From a virus (taxonomy: Duplodnaviria; Heunggongvirae; Uroviricota; Caudoviricetes), in IMG/VR virus record IMGVR_UViG_3300021400_002728, positions 261,154 to 325,153 of that record: a DNA stretch of 64,000 bases; one strand, 5' to 3'. Under the pieces are notes generated by a model, which was given only the letters and a program-made list of their open reading frames with translations, made no database searches and was not told where the DNA came from. The translations under genes were made by a program, and so were the position numbers. Shown one piece after another: positions 1 to 10,105 of this stretch. The first letter of the stretch is position 1; the number at the start of each line of letters is the position of its first letter.

Positions 1-112
1 TAATAGTAAGTATCATTCCATTACTAGCTTTATTAGTTTCACCTATTCTATTTTTCTTACGATTAAGACTACTTATATTTCTAAGATGTTCTAGTCTATT
101 AAATGACATTAC

Positions 113-706
113 TTAATCATTTGACTCCTTTAATCTAGTAATTTCTGCTTCAAGTTCAGCAATTTTTTCTAACTTTCTAAGTTCAGCACAACTTATATTA
201 CGCTGTTTGACACCTTCAAAAACATCATTGAGATAATCTTCATTATCAAGAATATCAATCAGTTCAAAGTATTTAATAGGAATACTAATAGTACCTGATG
301 CATAATCTCCATCACGTAAATCCTGATCAACTGAAAAATCAATATAACTACTTGAAATAGACTCTATACAGTTAATTTTGCTTCTAAGACCCGGTGAATA
401 TTCACTGTCATCATCTTTGTTAATAATCACACCAAATTCTTCTTCAGCAATAGTCCAATCTTTATAATAGCCTATACGATCTATAAGAATCTTTTCAATC
501 TTATGCAAAATATCATAGGCCTTATCTATAATCTGTTGGCATAACTGTTCTTTTTCATCTACAAGGTCTTTAACAGATAATTCATATGCAGCTTTTCGTC
601 TATCTAATTCAGCTTTAAGATCATATACAGATTCTTCGTACTCATCTCGTTTTTGTTCAAGTGTTACTTTTAGTTCAGTATACTTATTGATTTCGTCTCT
701 AGTCAT
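113..706 (-). CDS. hypothetical protein, coiled-coil rich
   Basis: 197-aa ORF, tightly packed with its neighbours; no motif recognised. Confidence 0.6.
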   Translation of the reverse strand: MTRDEINKYTELKVTLEQKRDEYEESVYDLKAELDRRKAAYELSVKDLVDEKEQLCQQIIDKAYDILHKIEKILIDRIGYYKDWTIAEEEFGVIINKDDDSEYSPGLRSKINCIESISSSYIDFSVDQDLRDGDYASGTISIPIKYFELIDILDNEDYLNDVFEGVKQRNISCAELRKLEKIAELEAEITRLKESND

Positions 707-708
707 AT

Positions 709-1383
709 TTATTTACCTCTAAATGATGTCTTTGTATCAAAACCATGAGAAGTAATCTTATCATTGTTAGTCATTCCAATAGGATCAGTTCTCTCAGATT
801 CTGTCTTAAGTAGTGAGAAGTGCTCTTCAATAGCTAAAAACATTTGCATAGGATCTATAACTTTACCAATTCCAGTATCTATAAGGATAGGTGGCTGAAA
901 AGTAGTATCAGTTTCTTTAGTCTTATAGTTATAGTGATGGTGTACACTATCACAAAGAGCACACTCAGAAATGTAGTCATTTGTATCGATCATATTTTTG
1001 ATCTTATCTACATTCTCTAGAATCTTATTATGATCAGTTTTGTTGCTTTTACCATGTAAGAAATAATTAGTAAAAGAAATAAGTTCAAGCTTAAGAAGTT
1101 CTCTCTTTTTATTGAAATTCTTCCAAGTAGTAAGTAACTCTACATCATAATTTCCATTAAAGTAATCTCTATTAGTAATAGTTACAAGCAGTAACCAGTA
1201 AGTAGCTCCGCACTGAAGAACTACAAATCTATAGTTAGAGTTTTTATCATATCTAACCCAATCAAGTTTATTACAAATATCAGCTTTAGGTACAATATAA
1301 GAATCCCTACGATCAAATACAAGTGGATCTTCGGGATTACTTAAGTAGTCATAAAAATCATGTTTCTTATCAATAATTCTCAT
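709..1383 (-). CDS. hypothetical protein
   Basis: 224-aa ORF with GGAG RBS. Confidence 0.6.
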   Translation of the reverse strand: MRIIDKKHDFYDYLSNPEDPLVFDRRDSYIVPKADICNKLDWVRYDKNSNYRFVVLQCGATYWLLLVTITNRDYFNGNYDVELLTTWKNFNKKRELLKLELISFTNYFLHGKSNKTDHNKILENVDKIKNMIDTNDYISECALCDSVHHHYNYKTKETDTTFQPPILIDTGIGKVIDPMQMFLAIEEHFSLLKTESERTDPIGMTNNDKITSHGFDTKTSFRGK

Positions 1384-1392
1384 AATATTCTC

Positions 1393-1587
1393 CTAATCTA
1401 TAGGTTTCCATGCAGCCACATCTTCTCTTTTGTGGTCCATATAATAAATATCTTCAAAACAATATCCACATTCATAGAATGACGAATCTACCTTAAATGC
1501 CTTATATACACGACCATCTCTAGTCATAATGTAAACCAGTTTTCCAAATTCAGGCTCTTCTTTTTCAATAGAAATATACTCACTCAT
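1393..1587 (-). CDS. small phage-type protein (DUF551-like)
   Basis: ISIEKEEP...V.AWKP pattern. Confidence 0.4.
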   Translation of the reverse strand: MSEYISIEKEEPEFGKLVYIMTRDGRVYKAFKVDSSFYECGYCFEDIYYMDHKREDVAAWKPID

Positions 1588-1967
1588 TTTTTAGTCTCCT
1601 CTACGTCGTCTAAGTACATTGGAACAATCATTCTATATGTGGTTTGCCAGTGATTGACGAGTTCCTTTTTACCGTCAAAAGTTTTATAATAAAGATCTCG
1701 ATCACCATTCTGTTCAATTTCTTTTCGAATTCGTTCAAGAATAGTATTAAGTTTAAGTCGTTTTTCAGGAAATTCATCTATTCGATGTATATCCGTTAGA
1801 CTTTCACATTTTTCTGGAATAAGAATGATCTGTGTTTTAAGTCCTTTTACATCAATGAAACCATACTGGTCATGATATGGATAACACATATGATTAATTA
1901 AATCATATTCCTTTGCATATTTATCTATATATTCTTGTATAGTATTTACAAATATAGATGCCTTCAT
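1584..1967 (-). CDS. hypothetical protein
   Basis: GGAGG RBS, directly downstream of a consensus promoter. Confidence 0.6.
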   Translation of the reverse strand: MKASIFVNTIQEYIDKYAKEYDLINHMCYPYHDQYGFIDVKGLKTQIILIPEKCESLTDIHRIDEFPEKRLKLNTILERIRKEIEQNGDRDLYYKTFDGKKELVNHWQTTYRMIVPMYLDDVEETKK

Positions 1968-1994
1968 ATAATACCTCCAATTATTGATAATTGT

Positions 1995-2023
1995 ATTATA
2001 ACTTATCTTAGACTATTTGTAAA
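1995..2023 (-). promoter_or_regulatory. sigma70/sigmaA-type promoter
   Basis: TTTACA-17 nt-TATAAT on minus strand. Confidence 0.8.
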
Positions 2024-2071
2024 TAGTTTTCAAAACAAAATACCTACCTCTTTCGAGATAGGTATTTAATT

Positions 2072-2224
2072 TTAATCACGCATCTTTGCTTTAGCTATAA
2101 GAATTATTAAAAGTACACTTCCAGCAATAGCTGCTCCAATTATACCAAATATAAATAAGAATGGTAATGATGTAAGTGCCCATCCACTATTACATATTAT
2201 TATAAAATATGAATTATTTTCCAT
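2072..2224 (-). CDS. 50-aa membrane protein (not in ORF track)
   Basis: GGAG RBS; MENNSYFIIICNSGWALTSLPFLFIFGIIGAAIAGSVLLIILIAKAKMRD; followed by a hairpin near 2040-2068. Confidence 0.55.
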   Translation of the reverse strand: MENNSYFIIICNSGWALTSLPFLFIFGIIGAAIAGSVLLIILIAKAKMRD

Positions 2225-2225
2225 A

Positions 2226-2948
2226 TTATTCTCCTATATTATATATCTCTGATTCAATAAATGCTCTAGTTTCGTCATCAAGACACCAAGGTTTTAGAAT
2301 AAAGATTTCCCAACATTGAGCATATCCTTCTTCAGGTGTATTATAATTGTTTATGTGCATACCGTAATTGTTATGCCATTCTTGCCAATGTGCATTATAT
2401 AAGTTTAAAAATTCTGTACTATTAACACCTTTTACTCTTGGACTATATTCAAATGCATGTCCAATTTCATGTAAAATAGAGCTATTAGCAGAATCCTTAT
2501 AGTCAATGAGAATTTGTTTATTTCCCCAAACAGTTAATCCAAGTATACTGTCAAATCCATAAACTGGACCCAAATTATAGTCTACTTTTTCCCAAGTCCA
2601 TCCATCTGCATAAAATGCATTTCTAACTGCTTCTGGAAACATGTTAAAATAATTCTCAGTAGTCATTACATAAACAGGAGCTACTGGAACTACTTCAGGA
2701 ATTATCTCTAATACATGTGCTACGTTATATCCTAATTTTGATTTACTATATAACATAGTAGAAGTATTTGTAGATAAATTTATTTTAGGATCTATAACAA
2801 GTTCACTTGTATTTATTCTTGCTTTAGTAGGTACAGATGTAAATCCTAAGCAGATTATAGATAAACATAAAATAATACATACAATAAATTTAACGTTATT
2901 TTTCATTTTTACATGACTCCGTATGAAATTTTTTTGAAAAAAGTTCAA
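2226..2948 (-). CDS. exported zinc metallopeptidase-like protein
   Basis: N-terminal hydrophobic segment; ILHEIGH (HExxH) plus downstream EGYA; real start probably the internal MKNNV. Confidence 0.6.
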   Translation of the reverse strand: MNFFQKNFIRSHVKMKNNVKFIVCIILCLSIICLGFTSVPTKARINTSELVIDPKINLSTNTSTMLYSKSKLGYNVAHVLEIIPEVVPVAPVYVMTTENYFNMFPEAVRNAFYADGWTWEKVDYNLGPVYGFDSILGLTVWGNKQILIDYKDSANSSILHEIGHAFEYSPRVKGVNSTEFLNLYNAHWQEWHNNYGMHINNYNTPEEGYAQCWEIFILKPWCLDDETRAFIESEIYNIGE

Positions 2949-3196
2949 ATTAAATATTTTATATTGTATGTATATAGCATATTAGTGTAACCTTTTTTGC
3001 TATTAATTACTTAATAAAAACTAGATTATATTTCAAAGAAATGTAATCTTCTAGTAGGCTTACATTCTGAAGCTCCTATGTATTTATCACATGCATTGCA
3101 ATAACCTAATCTATAAGCTGTAATAATAGCTAAAATAACCGTAACTAGTTCTGCTATATAGATAAATATCTTTTTCATAACATTTTCCTCAAAAAG

Positions 3197-3224
3197 AAGG
3201 CTAGCCATATTTCAGACTAGCCTT
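3197..3224 (-). terminator. intrinsic terminator after FtsK-like gene
   Basis: aaggctag...ctagcctt stem followed by a T-rich tract on the minus strand. Confidence 0.6.
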
Positions 3225-3230
3225 AATTGT

Positions 3231-6200
3231 TTACTGTGGATTCTTAGGTTTTAACTTAATAGTTGTCTTAGGCGCAGGTGCCATAGGCTGATCTGCAGTC
3301 GTTTTATCAATATTAAGCTTAATAACCGGTTTCTGACCTGGAATCTGATTTAATGCTGCTCCAATTCTCTCTCTATTTGAAGGTTGACCAAAATTAGGTT
3401 GAGTAGGTCCAGTAGGAGCACCAAAATTAGGTTGAGCTGGTACAGTAGGTGGTGCAGGTGGAGTTTCAGTCTTAGGTGCAGATCCTCCAAATAAACTAGT
3501 TAAATCATCCATTGATACCGCAGGTGAATCTGCTTCAACCTTAGGTTTATCGTCTTTAGGCTCATCTTTAGACTTCTTACCACCAAACTTAAATGTTACT
3601 GGTTCTTCATCTTCGTCTTCATCATCTTCAAACGTATCTTCTTTCTTAGGCGGAGCTTCTTTCTTAGGTGCGTCATCTTTAAAGAGTTCATCTTCATCAA
3701 GATCTTCATCCTCTTCAAACTCATCCTCTTCTTCTTCGATTTCATCCTCTTCCTCTTCAGGTTCCTCACCAATCTTATGCTGAGGTACCCAACCAGTATT
3801 TAACTCGTCGAAGTTTTTACCACGTCTCTTACATAACTCTACAAACACAGGATTATTGTAAGAAAGCTTCTGATCTTCATCAAACTCCCAGTCCGTTATA
3901 TTGGACATTCTTTTACTTTCATAAAAGTCTAGACTATATCATCATTATATATACTATTACCATATATATAACACCTACCACTTCAATTTAATAGACTTAC
4001 TTTAGACTAATCTCATCTAAATGCTAACCATGTTGGCTTTACTCTACTCATTTACTCTTTATAGTATTTAACTATAAATACACTTTCGATAGTCGTTGAA
4101 CCCACCTCTATTCGAGGCTTGGATGCTGATTTCCCATTCTTATTACCCTTAGGTCTCGCCATTAACGACCTTAGGTCATCTCTTCAATTTTTTCTACTTT
4201 CGTCGCGTTCGCACTTAGTCGTATTTCATACTTATGCTGTAGCTTGAAGAGCTCTTAGGTACGTATCGTTATTTGATACTGTTCCAGCAATTCGATAGGT
4301 TTAAGGAGAACCACTGGGATATTTAATTCTCCGGCTGTGTATAATAGGTCTGAGTTTCAATAATCTCATTACCAGATCCAATGAAACCACGACCTTTAAT
4401 CTGAGGTTTAGCTAACTGAGAAATATCCTTCTCAAACATAAGCTGAGAAGCACCATCATCAAATCCACCAAGAAGAACTGACATCTGAATATTGTTCTTC
4501 AAGTCAGTAGAAATAGTAGAACCTGAAGCTCTCTGACATGCAAGTGCTAAGTGTACTGCAGCAGCACGACCAAGACGGGCAATAGATCCAAGAGCCTGTT
4601 TAACAATATCAACTGACTTATAATCATCAGAGGTCATCAACTCATTCAACTCGTCCGCAAGGAATAAAAGTACCTTAGGCACATAAATACCTTTCGACAT
4701 TCTTATTGAATTCTTATCAATATATGAGTTGTAACCTTTTACTTCAGGTAACTGAGGATTTCTTCCTTCCCATTTACCTTCCATCATGCCATCGTAAATT
4801 TTTTGAATAGTAGTAATAATAGGCTGACGTCCATCAGGATAAATAGCCTTCATTTTACTATAGTTTCTATCAGATTCATCAAGGTCTACCATAAGCTCGA
4901 AGATTTCATCAAACTGAACCTTCTTACCAAATACTTCAAAGTAGTTAACTTCTTTGTCTTTGATTTTATAAACATTATTGCATAGATAACCAAGTATCAA
5001 ACTCAGATTTAGTATAAAATACAAATAATTGTACTTTATTACGTTTAGCTACTTTTAACTTGTGTGTATCTCTAACTGTCCAAGTATGAATAGCATTTTC
5101 AAAATACTTAGATGTTTTAGATTTTTCTATCCACTCTGTTAACTTTTTACTATCATTTTTCTTATTGTATGGATGTAATCCATGTGTCCAATGAAAGTTA
5201 AGTTCAATATAAATATCTTTAGATGGAATGTATAAATCACATACAAAAGGATATTTAGTTGACTTATATCCGTGTTTAGCATCTGGATAAATACTTAAAA
5301 GTTGTTCATAACATAAATCTTCTGTCTTTGATACCTTAAATGAATGATTCTTCTTTTTAGTCAGATAACTTTTATGTTTAATCTCAGCTTTTTCTTTATC
5401 TGACTTCAACATATATGCATCTCTATGTTTCTGACCAATAATCTTCATTTCTTCTTCAGTTTTACTATCAAATGTAGCTTGTCTCTTTGCATAAATTGCT
5501 TTCTTTTCTTCATCAGATTTAGCATAGTATTTGTCTGAAATTTTTTGCTTTACTGATTCTACCGCAAATGGACTAGTTGTTCCATATACCTTAAGACAAG
5601 TTTCTTTATACTTTTTACTATTATTGTATGTTTCATCTCCATACTTTGCTTGGCAAGTAGATTTTCTTTTAAGAATAGATTTCTGTTTTTCATCATCTGT
5701 TCTATTTAATAAAGACTCACTCGTCTTATTTGGATTATTGTATGTAGGAGTTCCATACCTAATAATTTTAGTAGTTTTAACTGAATTAGAATGTATAGTA
5801 GATTTATTTAAGCATGATCTAGAACAATACTTATTATAACCTTTGAAAATATCCTTAAAGTTTGTAGGTTTACCGCATACTTCACATACACCTTTTCCAA
5901 AGTACATATCATAATATGTTTGTTGACTAATGTTATGCTGTTCTAAATGTTTCTTAAACAACCTATTTGAAATTGGTTGATTACATATTCTGCATATTGT
6001 TTCATTCATTCTAATTTCTCCTTAGACTATATCTTCACCCTATTACTAGGGGACTACCTTTTCGATTTAAGGGAATCTCACCCACCATATAGGCCCTACG
6101 AGTATTGCTACAAATATTCGAGATTTCCACTCTTATTTTACGATGTAGCCTCTGTAAGCTCTAGTCGTTGAACTTTTACCCTCGACTTAACTAACTTATG

Positions 6201-7448
6201 GTCTAAGTATAACGTTAGGGTACTTAGCTGCTAAGGTTCCTCATTCTACTAGCCCTTAGGATTTAACCATAGGCCAAACAATCAATTTTTTCTACTTTCG
6301 TTGCATTCACATCTATTCTTTCGAATTATGTTGTAGCTTGATTGTTGTTAGAGTCGTATTCATTATAAGAATACTGTTCCAGCAATTAAATAGTTTATTT
6401 CTCACGCAGATTACTCTACGCGCAGGCCATACATGTTTATAAAACCTGCATCTGTTCCATGAACTTAAATCTGTCCATCATAATCTGTTGGAAGTTGGCC
6501 ACTGCATCTGCTGCTGTAGGTACATCCAACGCGACACCTTTCACGCCTTTTCGGTTAACTCTATAATTTTCATTATAAACCTGACTATATCTCGTATATA
6601 AATTTATATACTCCTATCACTTTCAACTGTAACTCATCTTCAGTCGTACTCTCCTTATGGAGATAGTCGATACACCTTCAATTAAGCTTGGCACGGTATT
6701 ACCTGCTATCTTACGAAAGACCGTAGGATCTCTTAGTCAGCTGCTTCGTCTATGGTCTAAGGCTATATATCTTGTTGTAACACTTCATATAGCAGTCTTA
6801 TTCAACTGATACCGTTAGCAATATAGAATAAGATCTATATCACACCCTTGAGTAATGAGGTTCAATAGGAATGCGCAAAGTTACTTACGCCGCGTAAAAG
6901 GTTAAATTCTACTCTTTTACAGTCAACACCTACTAATTGGAATCGATCTGAGTAACGCGATACGTGACCCACTATGCTTTGTTCACACCGAATTGTTATC
7001 AATAAGCTTTTTATCTTATTTTCTATGTCATTACAACATAAGTCCAGCGTACCTTTTCATTACAGATTCTGCATCTGTGTCATCCAATGGTGAGGCCTCT
7101 TGGAAGTATTATATTCTCTAATATCTCAATTAAAGGTTCAACTTCTACGCGTTGCCGTTGACTATACTTTTACATATAGCCTTAACATTCTGATTATGGT
7201 TGCAAACCATTTTCCAGCTTAATTCCTCACTAATAATCCATAATTTACTTGATGACTTCATTATGGACGGCGAACTAATAGCTATGCATTTATTGCACTA
7301 TTAGTCAGTTTACCGATTTACCTGAGTTGTGAAATACAGATCCATCAGGCATTAGATACATAGGGTCATCTTCAAGCGAAAAACCAAAATATTGGTCGGT
7401 TTTGTTCAATGGTTTAACACTGAACTCAACCTGTTTCACTACACTCAT
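3231..7448 (-). CDS. FtsK/SpoIIIE-family ATPase 1, C-terminal half with N-terminal IntC; 5 exons: 7448-7312, 6988-6887, 6551-6444, 4980-4326, 3893-3231 (554 aa)
   Basis: Exons total 1665 nt and join in one frame: ...FHN|SGKSVCEQSIVGH...VGVDCKRVEF...IMMDRFKFMEQMQVNNVYK...LLFLADELNELM (Walker B)...IARLGRAAAVHLALACQR...IKGRG..., then an acidic/Pro-rich tail; GGAGG RBS before ATG at 7448. Confidence 0.88.
3894..4325 (-). ncRNA. group I intron 4 of FtsK-like gene (no ORF)
   Basis: Exon ends in U (GAGAAU) pairing with GUUCUCC; CCCAGU pairs with 3' exon ACUGGG; core UGCUGGAAC / AAUCAGCA / CAACGACUA / GAUAUAGUC; ends in G. Confidence 0.88.
4975..6009 (-). CDS. intron-encoded homing endonuclease (Zn-finger + KYG repeats + Vsr-like PD-(D/E)XK domain)
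   Basis: CxxC..HxxxH, CxxCGK, CSxxC; C-terminal CDLYIP..IELNFHWTH; lies inside intron 3 with AGGAG RBS. Confidence 0.8.
   Translation of the reverse strand: MNETICRICNQPISNRLFKKHLEQHNISQQTYYDMYFGKGVCEVCGKPTNFKDIFKGYNKYCSRSCLNKSTIHSNSVKTTKIIRYGTPTYNNPNKTSESLLNRTDDEKQKSILKRKSTCQAKYGDETYNNSKKYKETCLKVYGTTSPFAVESVKQKISDKYYAKSDEEKKAIYAKRQATFDSKTEEEMKIIGQKHRDAYMLKSDKEKAEIKHKSYLTKKKNHSFKVSKTEDLCYEQLLSIYPDAKHGYKSTKYPFVCDLYIPSKDIYIELNFHWTHGLHPYNKKNDSKKLTEWIEKSKTSKYFENAIHTWTVRDTHKLKVAKRNKVQLFVFYTKSEFDTWLSMQ
4981..6443 (-). ncRNA. group I intron 3 of FtsK-like gene, carries homing endonuclease
   Basis: GCAGGU pairs with GCCUGC (P1); core UUGCUGGAAC / UUCAACGACUAG / GAAGAUAUAGUC in 6020-6390; terminal G at 4981 restores Q-V-N-N-V frame. 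Confidence 0.85.
6552..6886 (-). ncRNA. group I intron 2 of FtsK-like gene
   Basis: 5' exon ends GGCGU; core AAUACCGUGCCAAG / UAUCGACUAU / GAGAUAUAGUC; ends AACCG; splicing restores R-G-V-K-G-V. Confidence 0.85.
6989..7311 (-). ncRNA. group I intron 1 of FtsK-like gene
   Basis: 5' exon ends UCGGU pairing with GCCG; AAUCAG, AACGCGUAG / GGUACGCU P7-like pair; ends AAUUCG; splicing restores S-G-K-S-V-C-E. Confidence 0.8.
7326..7448 (-). other. split intein C-fragment IntC-1 (41 aa)
   Basis: MSVVKQVEFSVKPLNKTDQYFGFSLEDDPMYLMPDGSVFHN followed by Ser: intein blocks F and G with His-Asn/Ser junction. Confidence 0.9.
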
Positions 7449-8518
7449 ATGTAATTTTCCTCCTTTACTAATTTTCCTGCACCATATATAGTTAATCTTC
7501 CATCTGAATATATAATAGTTGGTTTAGGAATTTTCGTAATTAAATTATTCTTGTTAAAATCTACTGTAGAATATTTATCAACTCCATGTAATAAACTTTT
7601 CAATAGTTTTAACTGCACATCAAAATCTTCAAACTCATAGATATGAATCAACCTAATTCCACTATCTCTGCAGTTAATAGATTTCTTAAGATGATAATCA
7701 ACTTCAGTTCCATTTTCTACTGCATGATAGTAAGATCCATTAAATTCAATTGCAAGTTTTAGATCAGGTAAGTAAATATCAATTTCATTTGGTGGAATTA
7801 CTTTTCTAGAATTAGTTGTAATTTTACCTTTATAATTCTTTTGAATCATTTCAACCAATTGTCTTTCTTTAGATGATCTATTACTACTTTTGAAGTTTTT
7901 GATGTAGTCTATATCAGATTTCTTTATAAGTCTTCTATTTTTATAAACCAATATATCTATATCATATATCCATCCACAACATTTATTTAGCTTAAATACA
8001 GACTCAAGATATACTAAATTATGTTCTTTTGCATATTTGTCTACAGCTGCCTCTTGTGACGATAATCGTTTAGCTTTAGCTTCATCTGTATGGCTATTTA
8101 TTTTAGCTTTTTCTGCAATAGATGGTATTTGGTATGAATTAACTACTCCATATCGATCTAATCTAGTTTTAACGGCTTTTTCTTGTATTTGTTGTGACTT
8201 AAATCCAACTCCACCATACTTTTTATTACATGTACGAATAGTTTTAGCTCTAATATTTGTATCTTTTTGTGGATTATCTACACGAAAATGATTCTGTGTA
8301 TTAGGATCAATTTGTGCACATTTAGCACAACAATGTTTCTGATAACCTTTTCTTAAATTTAGAAATGGAGTGGGTTTTCCACATATACATATTCCAGTAT
8401 TAGGCTGTTTTAGATATTGGTCATAATAATCTTTAGGTTTAACATTATGCACTGTATTGATGTGCTTAGATAATCCTTGGTATGATTTTGTGATATGACC
8501 ACATATTTCACACTTCAT
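7445..8518 (-). CDS. free-standing homing endonuclease (Zn-finger + PD-(D/E)XK/Vsr-like)
   Basis: Same N-terminal Cys/His module; EIDIYLPDLKLAIEFNGSYYH; stop overlaps the IntC start (ATGA). Confidence 0.8.
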   Translation of the reverse strand: MKCEICGHITKSYQGLSKHINTVHNVKPKDYYDQYLKQPNTGICICGKPTPFLNLRKGYQKHCCAKCAQIDPNTQNHFRVDNPQKDTNIRAKTIRTCNKKYGGVGFKSQQIQEKAVKTRLDRYGVVNSYQIPSIAEKAKINSHTDEAKAKRLSSQEAAVDKYAKEHNLVYLESVFKLNKCCGWIYDIDILVYKNRRLIKKSDIDYIKNFKSSNRSSKERQLVEMIQKNYKGKITTNSRKVIPPNEIDIYLPDLKLAIEFNGSYYHAVENGTEVDYHLKKSINCRDSGIRLIHIYEFEDFDVQLKLLKSLLHGVDKYSTVDFNKNNLITKIPKPTIIYSDGRLTIYGAGKLVKEENYI

Positions 8519-8586
8519 ACAGTGCTCCTTTCTTAACTGATTTTCTACAATAATTTGACAAAATTACTTATATTATTAAATAGCCT

Positions 8587-9237
8587 CTAGCAGCAATCCC
8601 AGTTATATAGAATATCTGAGAAGTCGTGTTGTTTAAGTTTAGCTCCGTTAATAAAGAAGTTTGCTACACCACAATCTCCCCATAACATAACTCCATTTTC
8701 AGAATCTAACTGGAAGAGCAATGTATCATACTGATTATCTTCTCTTGGATCAAACTGAGTAAAGAACGGATAACCTAAAACTTTACTACCGCATCCACCA
8801 AGTTCCTTATACATTTCATCAGTAATATCACCTTCATAACTAAATCTATAGTCAGCTATAGACAAATAATCTTCAGACAATTCAAATTTCATACCAAGAT
8901 CAGTTTGTTCTAAAGGTGAATCTTCCCAGTCTTTTCGTAATTCGTATCCTTTAGATATATCTTCATGATAAACTACCAAATGACTATTTTCTGCAAATAA
9001 TCCCCAACTATCATCATCTGCAACAAAGAACTGTAGTAATCCAGTTTTAGGGAATATATCATTTTCTGGTAGTTCTTCAAAATTGATCTGAGCTAAAAAC
9101 TGCATCTCAGGTCCAGTCTCAGTGGGCCAATAAAATGACCCACCGAGCTTACTTTTCTTATAATCAACCTTATCACCAAAAGATATATTAAATACCTTTG
9201 TAGTAGGTAAAAGTTGTTTTAATTCATCAACTGTCAT
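8587..9237 (-). CDS. YwqG/DUF1963 family protein
   Basis: SKLGG, FLAQIN, GLLQFF, GYPFFTQFDPR, LLFQLDS, WGDCG. Confidence 0.85.
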   Translation of the reverse strand: MTVDELKQLLPTTKVFNISFGDKVDYKKSKLGGSFYWPTETGPEMQFLAQINFEELPENDIFPKTGLLQFFVADDDSWGLFAENSHLVVYHEDISKGYELRKDWEDSPLEQTDLGMKFELSEDYLSIADYRFSYEGDITDEMYKELGGCGSKVLGYPFFTQFDPREDNQYDTLLFQLDSENGVMLWGDCGVANFFINGAKLKQHDFSDILYNWDCC

Positions 9238-9246
9238 ATAAACTCC

Positions 9247-9399
9247 TTATTTTATTTTGAATAGACTTCCAAATTTTCTTTGACGTCCACCTTTAGTAGT
9301 AGGAATACCAGTTGCCTTAGCTACCTTCTGTTTCATAGAAGATATTCCAGTAGCGCGTTTCCAACTAAATGAAAAACCGAATTTCTTTTTCTTTGCCAT
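9247..9399 (-). CDS. 50-aa basic small protein (not in ORF track)
   Basis: GGAG RBS; MAKKKKFGFSFSWKRATGISSMKQKVAKATGIPTTKGGRQRKFGSLFKIK fills the gap exactly. Confidence 0.7.
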   Translation of the reverse strand: MAKKKKFGFSFSWKRATGISSMKQKVAKATGIPTTKGGRQRKFGSLFKIK

Positions 9400-9410
9400 G
9401 TCAATTCTCC

Positions 9411-10087
9411 TTATACATTTATATTAGAATATTGATAACTTGTTATAATAGTACCGTCTAATTTAATATATACTACACCATAATTTACTACCGGTAGAGA
9501 CTTATTTTTTGAATATCTTTGATCTCTTGAACCATCCTTATTTGTATGTTGCCAATGTTTGCCAATTACTTCAGCATCTTTTGGAACTCTTTTATGTTCA
9601 ATAAATGGTTCATTTGCAGTATAAATATCAAAATCATTATAAGTATACTGATATAATTTAGATCCTTTACATACTATAACTCGATCAGGTAAAAACCAAA
9701 ATTTGCATTTTTTACTCTTAACTAATATTCCTGTATTAAGAAATGGAAATACTGATTTTAACTTAAATTTAGCATTTCGTCTTTTTAGAATAGTTCCTAC
9801 ATAACCATTTGTCTTTGAACATGTTTGTTTAGACGAATTAGTTATTTCATATATTTGTCTACTCTTCATTATATTTTGTATTAAAACGAAATTTTCATCA
9901 GTATCTTTAATATCTAATTGTATAGCTTGTTTTTTTAACTTATTCATGTATATAATACTTAATACTAATAATGGAATTGGAATTATATAACATGATAATA
10001 TACTACTAATTACTATTAGCGTTACTGCTAATTTTTTTTTGCGTACAAGTTAATTATTTGATTTTCCATTAAGTTGTTATTACTCAT
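9411..10087 (-). pseudogene. membrane protein gene frameshifted in an A9 tract
   Basis: ATG at 10087 hits a stop right after A9 (10032-10040); adding one A gives a 225-aa ORF with a TM helix continuing into ORF 9411..9947 (WQHTNKDGSRDQRY motif). Confidence 0.55.
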
Positions 10088-10105
10088 ATTAACGTCCCCT
10101 TTAAA

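Noticed and set aside
3231-3908. Stand-alone acidic protein starting MSNIT
   Set aside because: The ATG lies in intron 4; P10 pairing and frame indicate exon 5 starts at 3893.
4323-5024. ORF-track protein starting MYFILNLS as an independent gene
   Set aside because: Its first residues lie inside intron 3; the coding part is exon 4 (4980-4326) of the FtsK-like gene.
3894-7311. Stop-codon reassignment explaining the fragmented region
   Set aside because: TAA, TAG and TGA all end intact genes elsewhere, and the gaps carry group I intron signatures.
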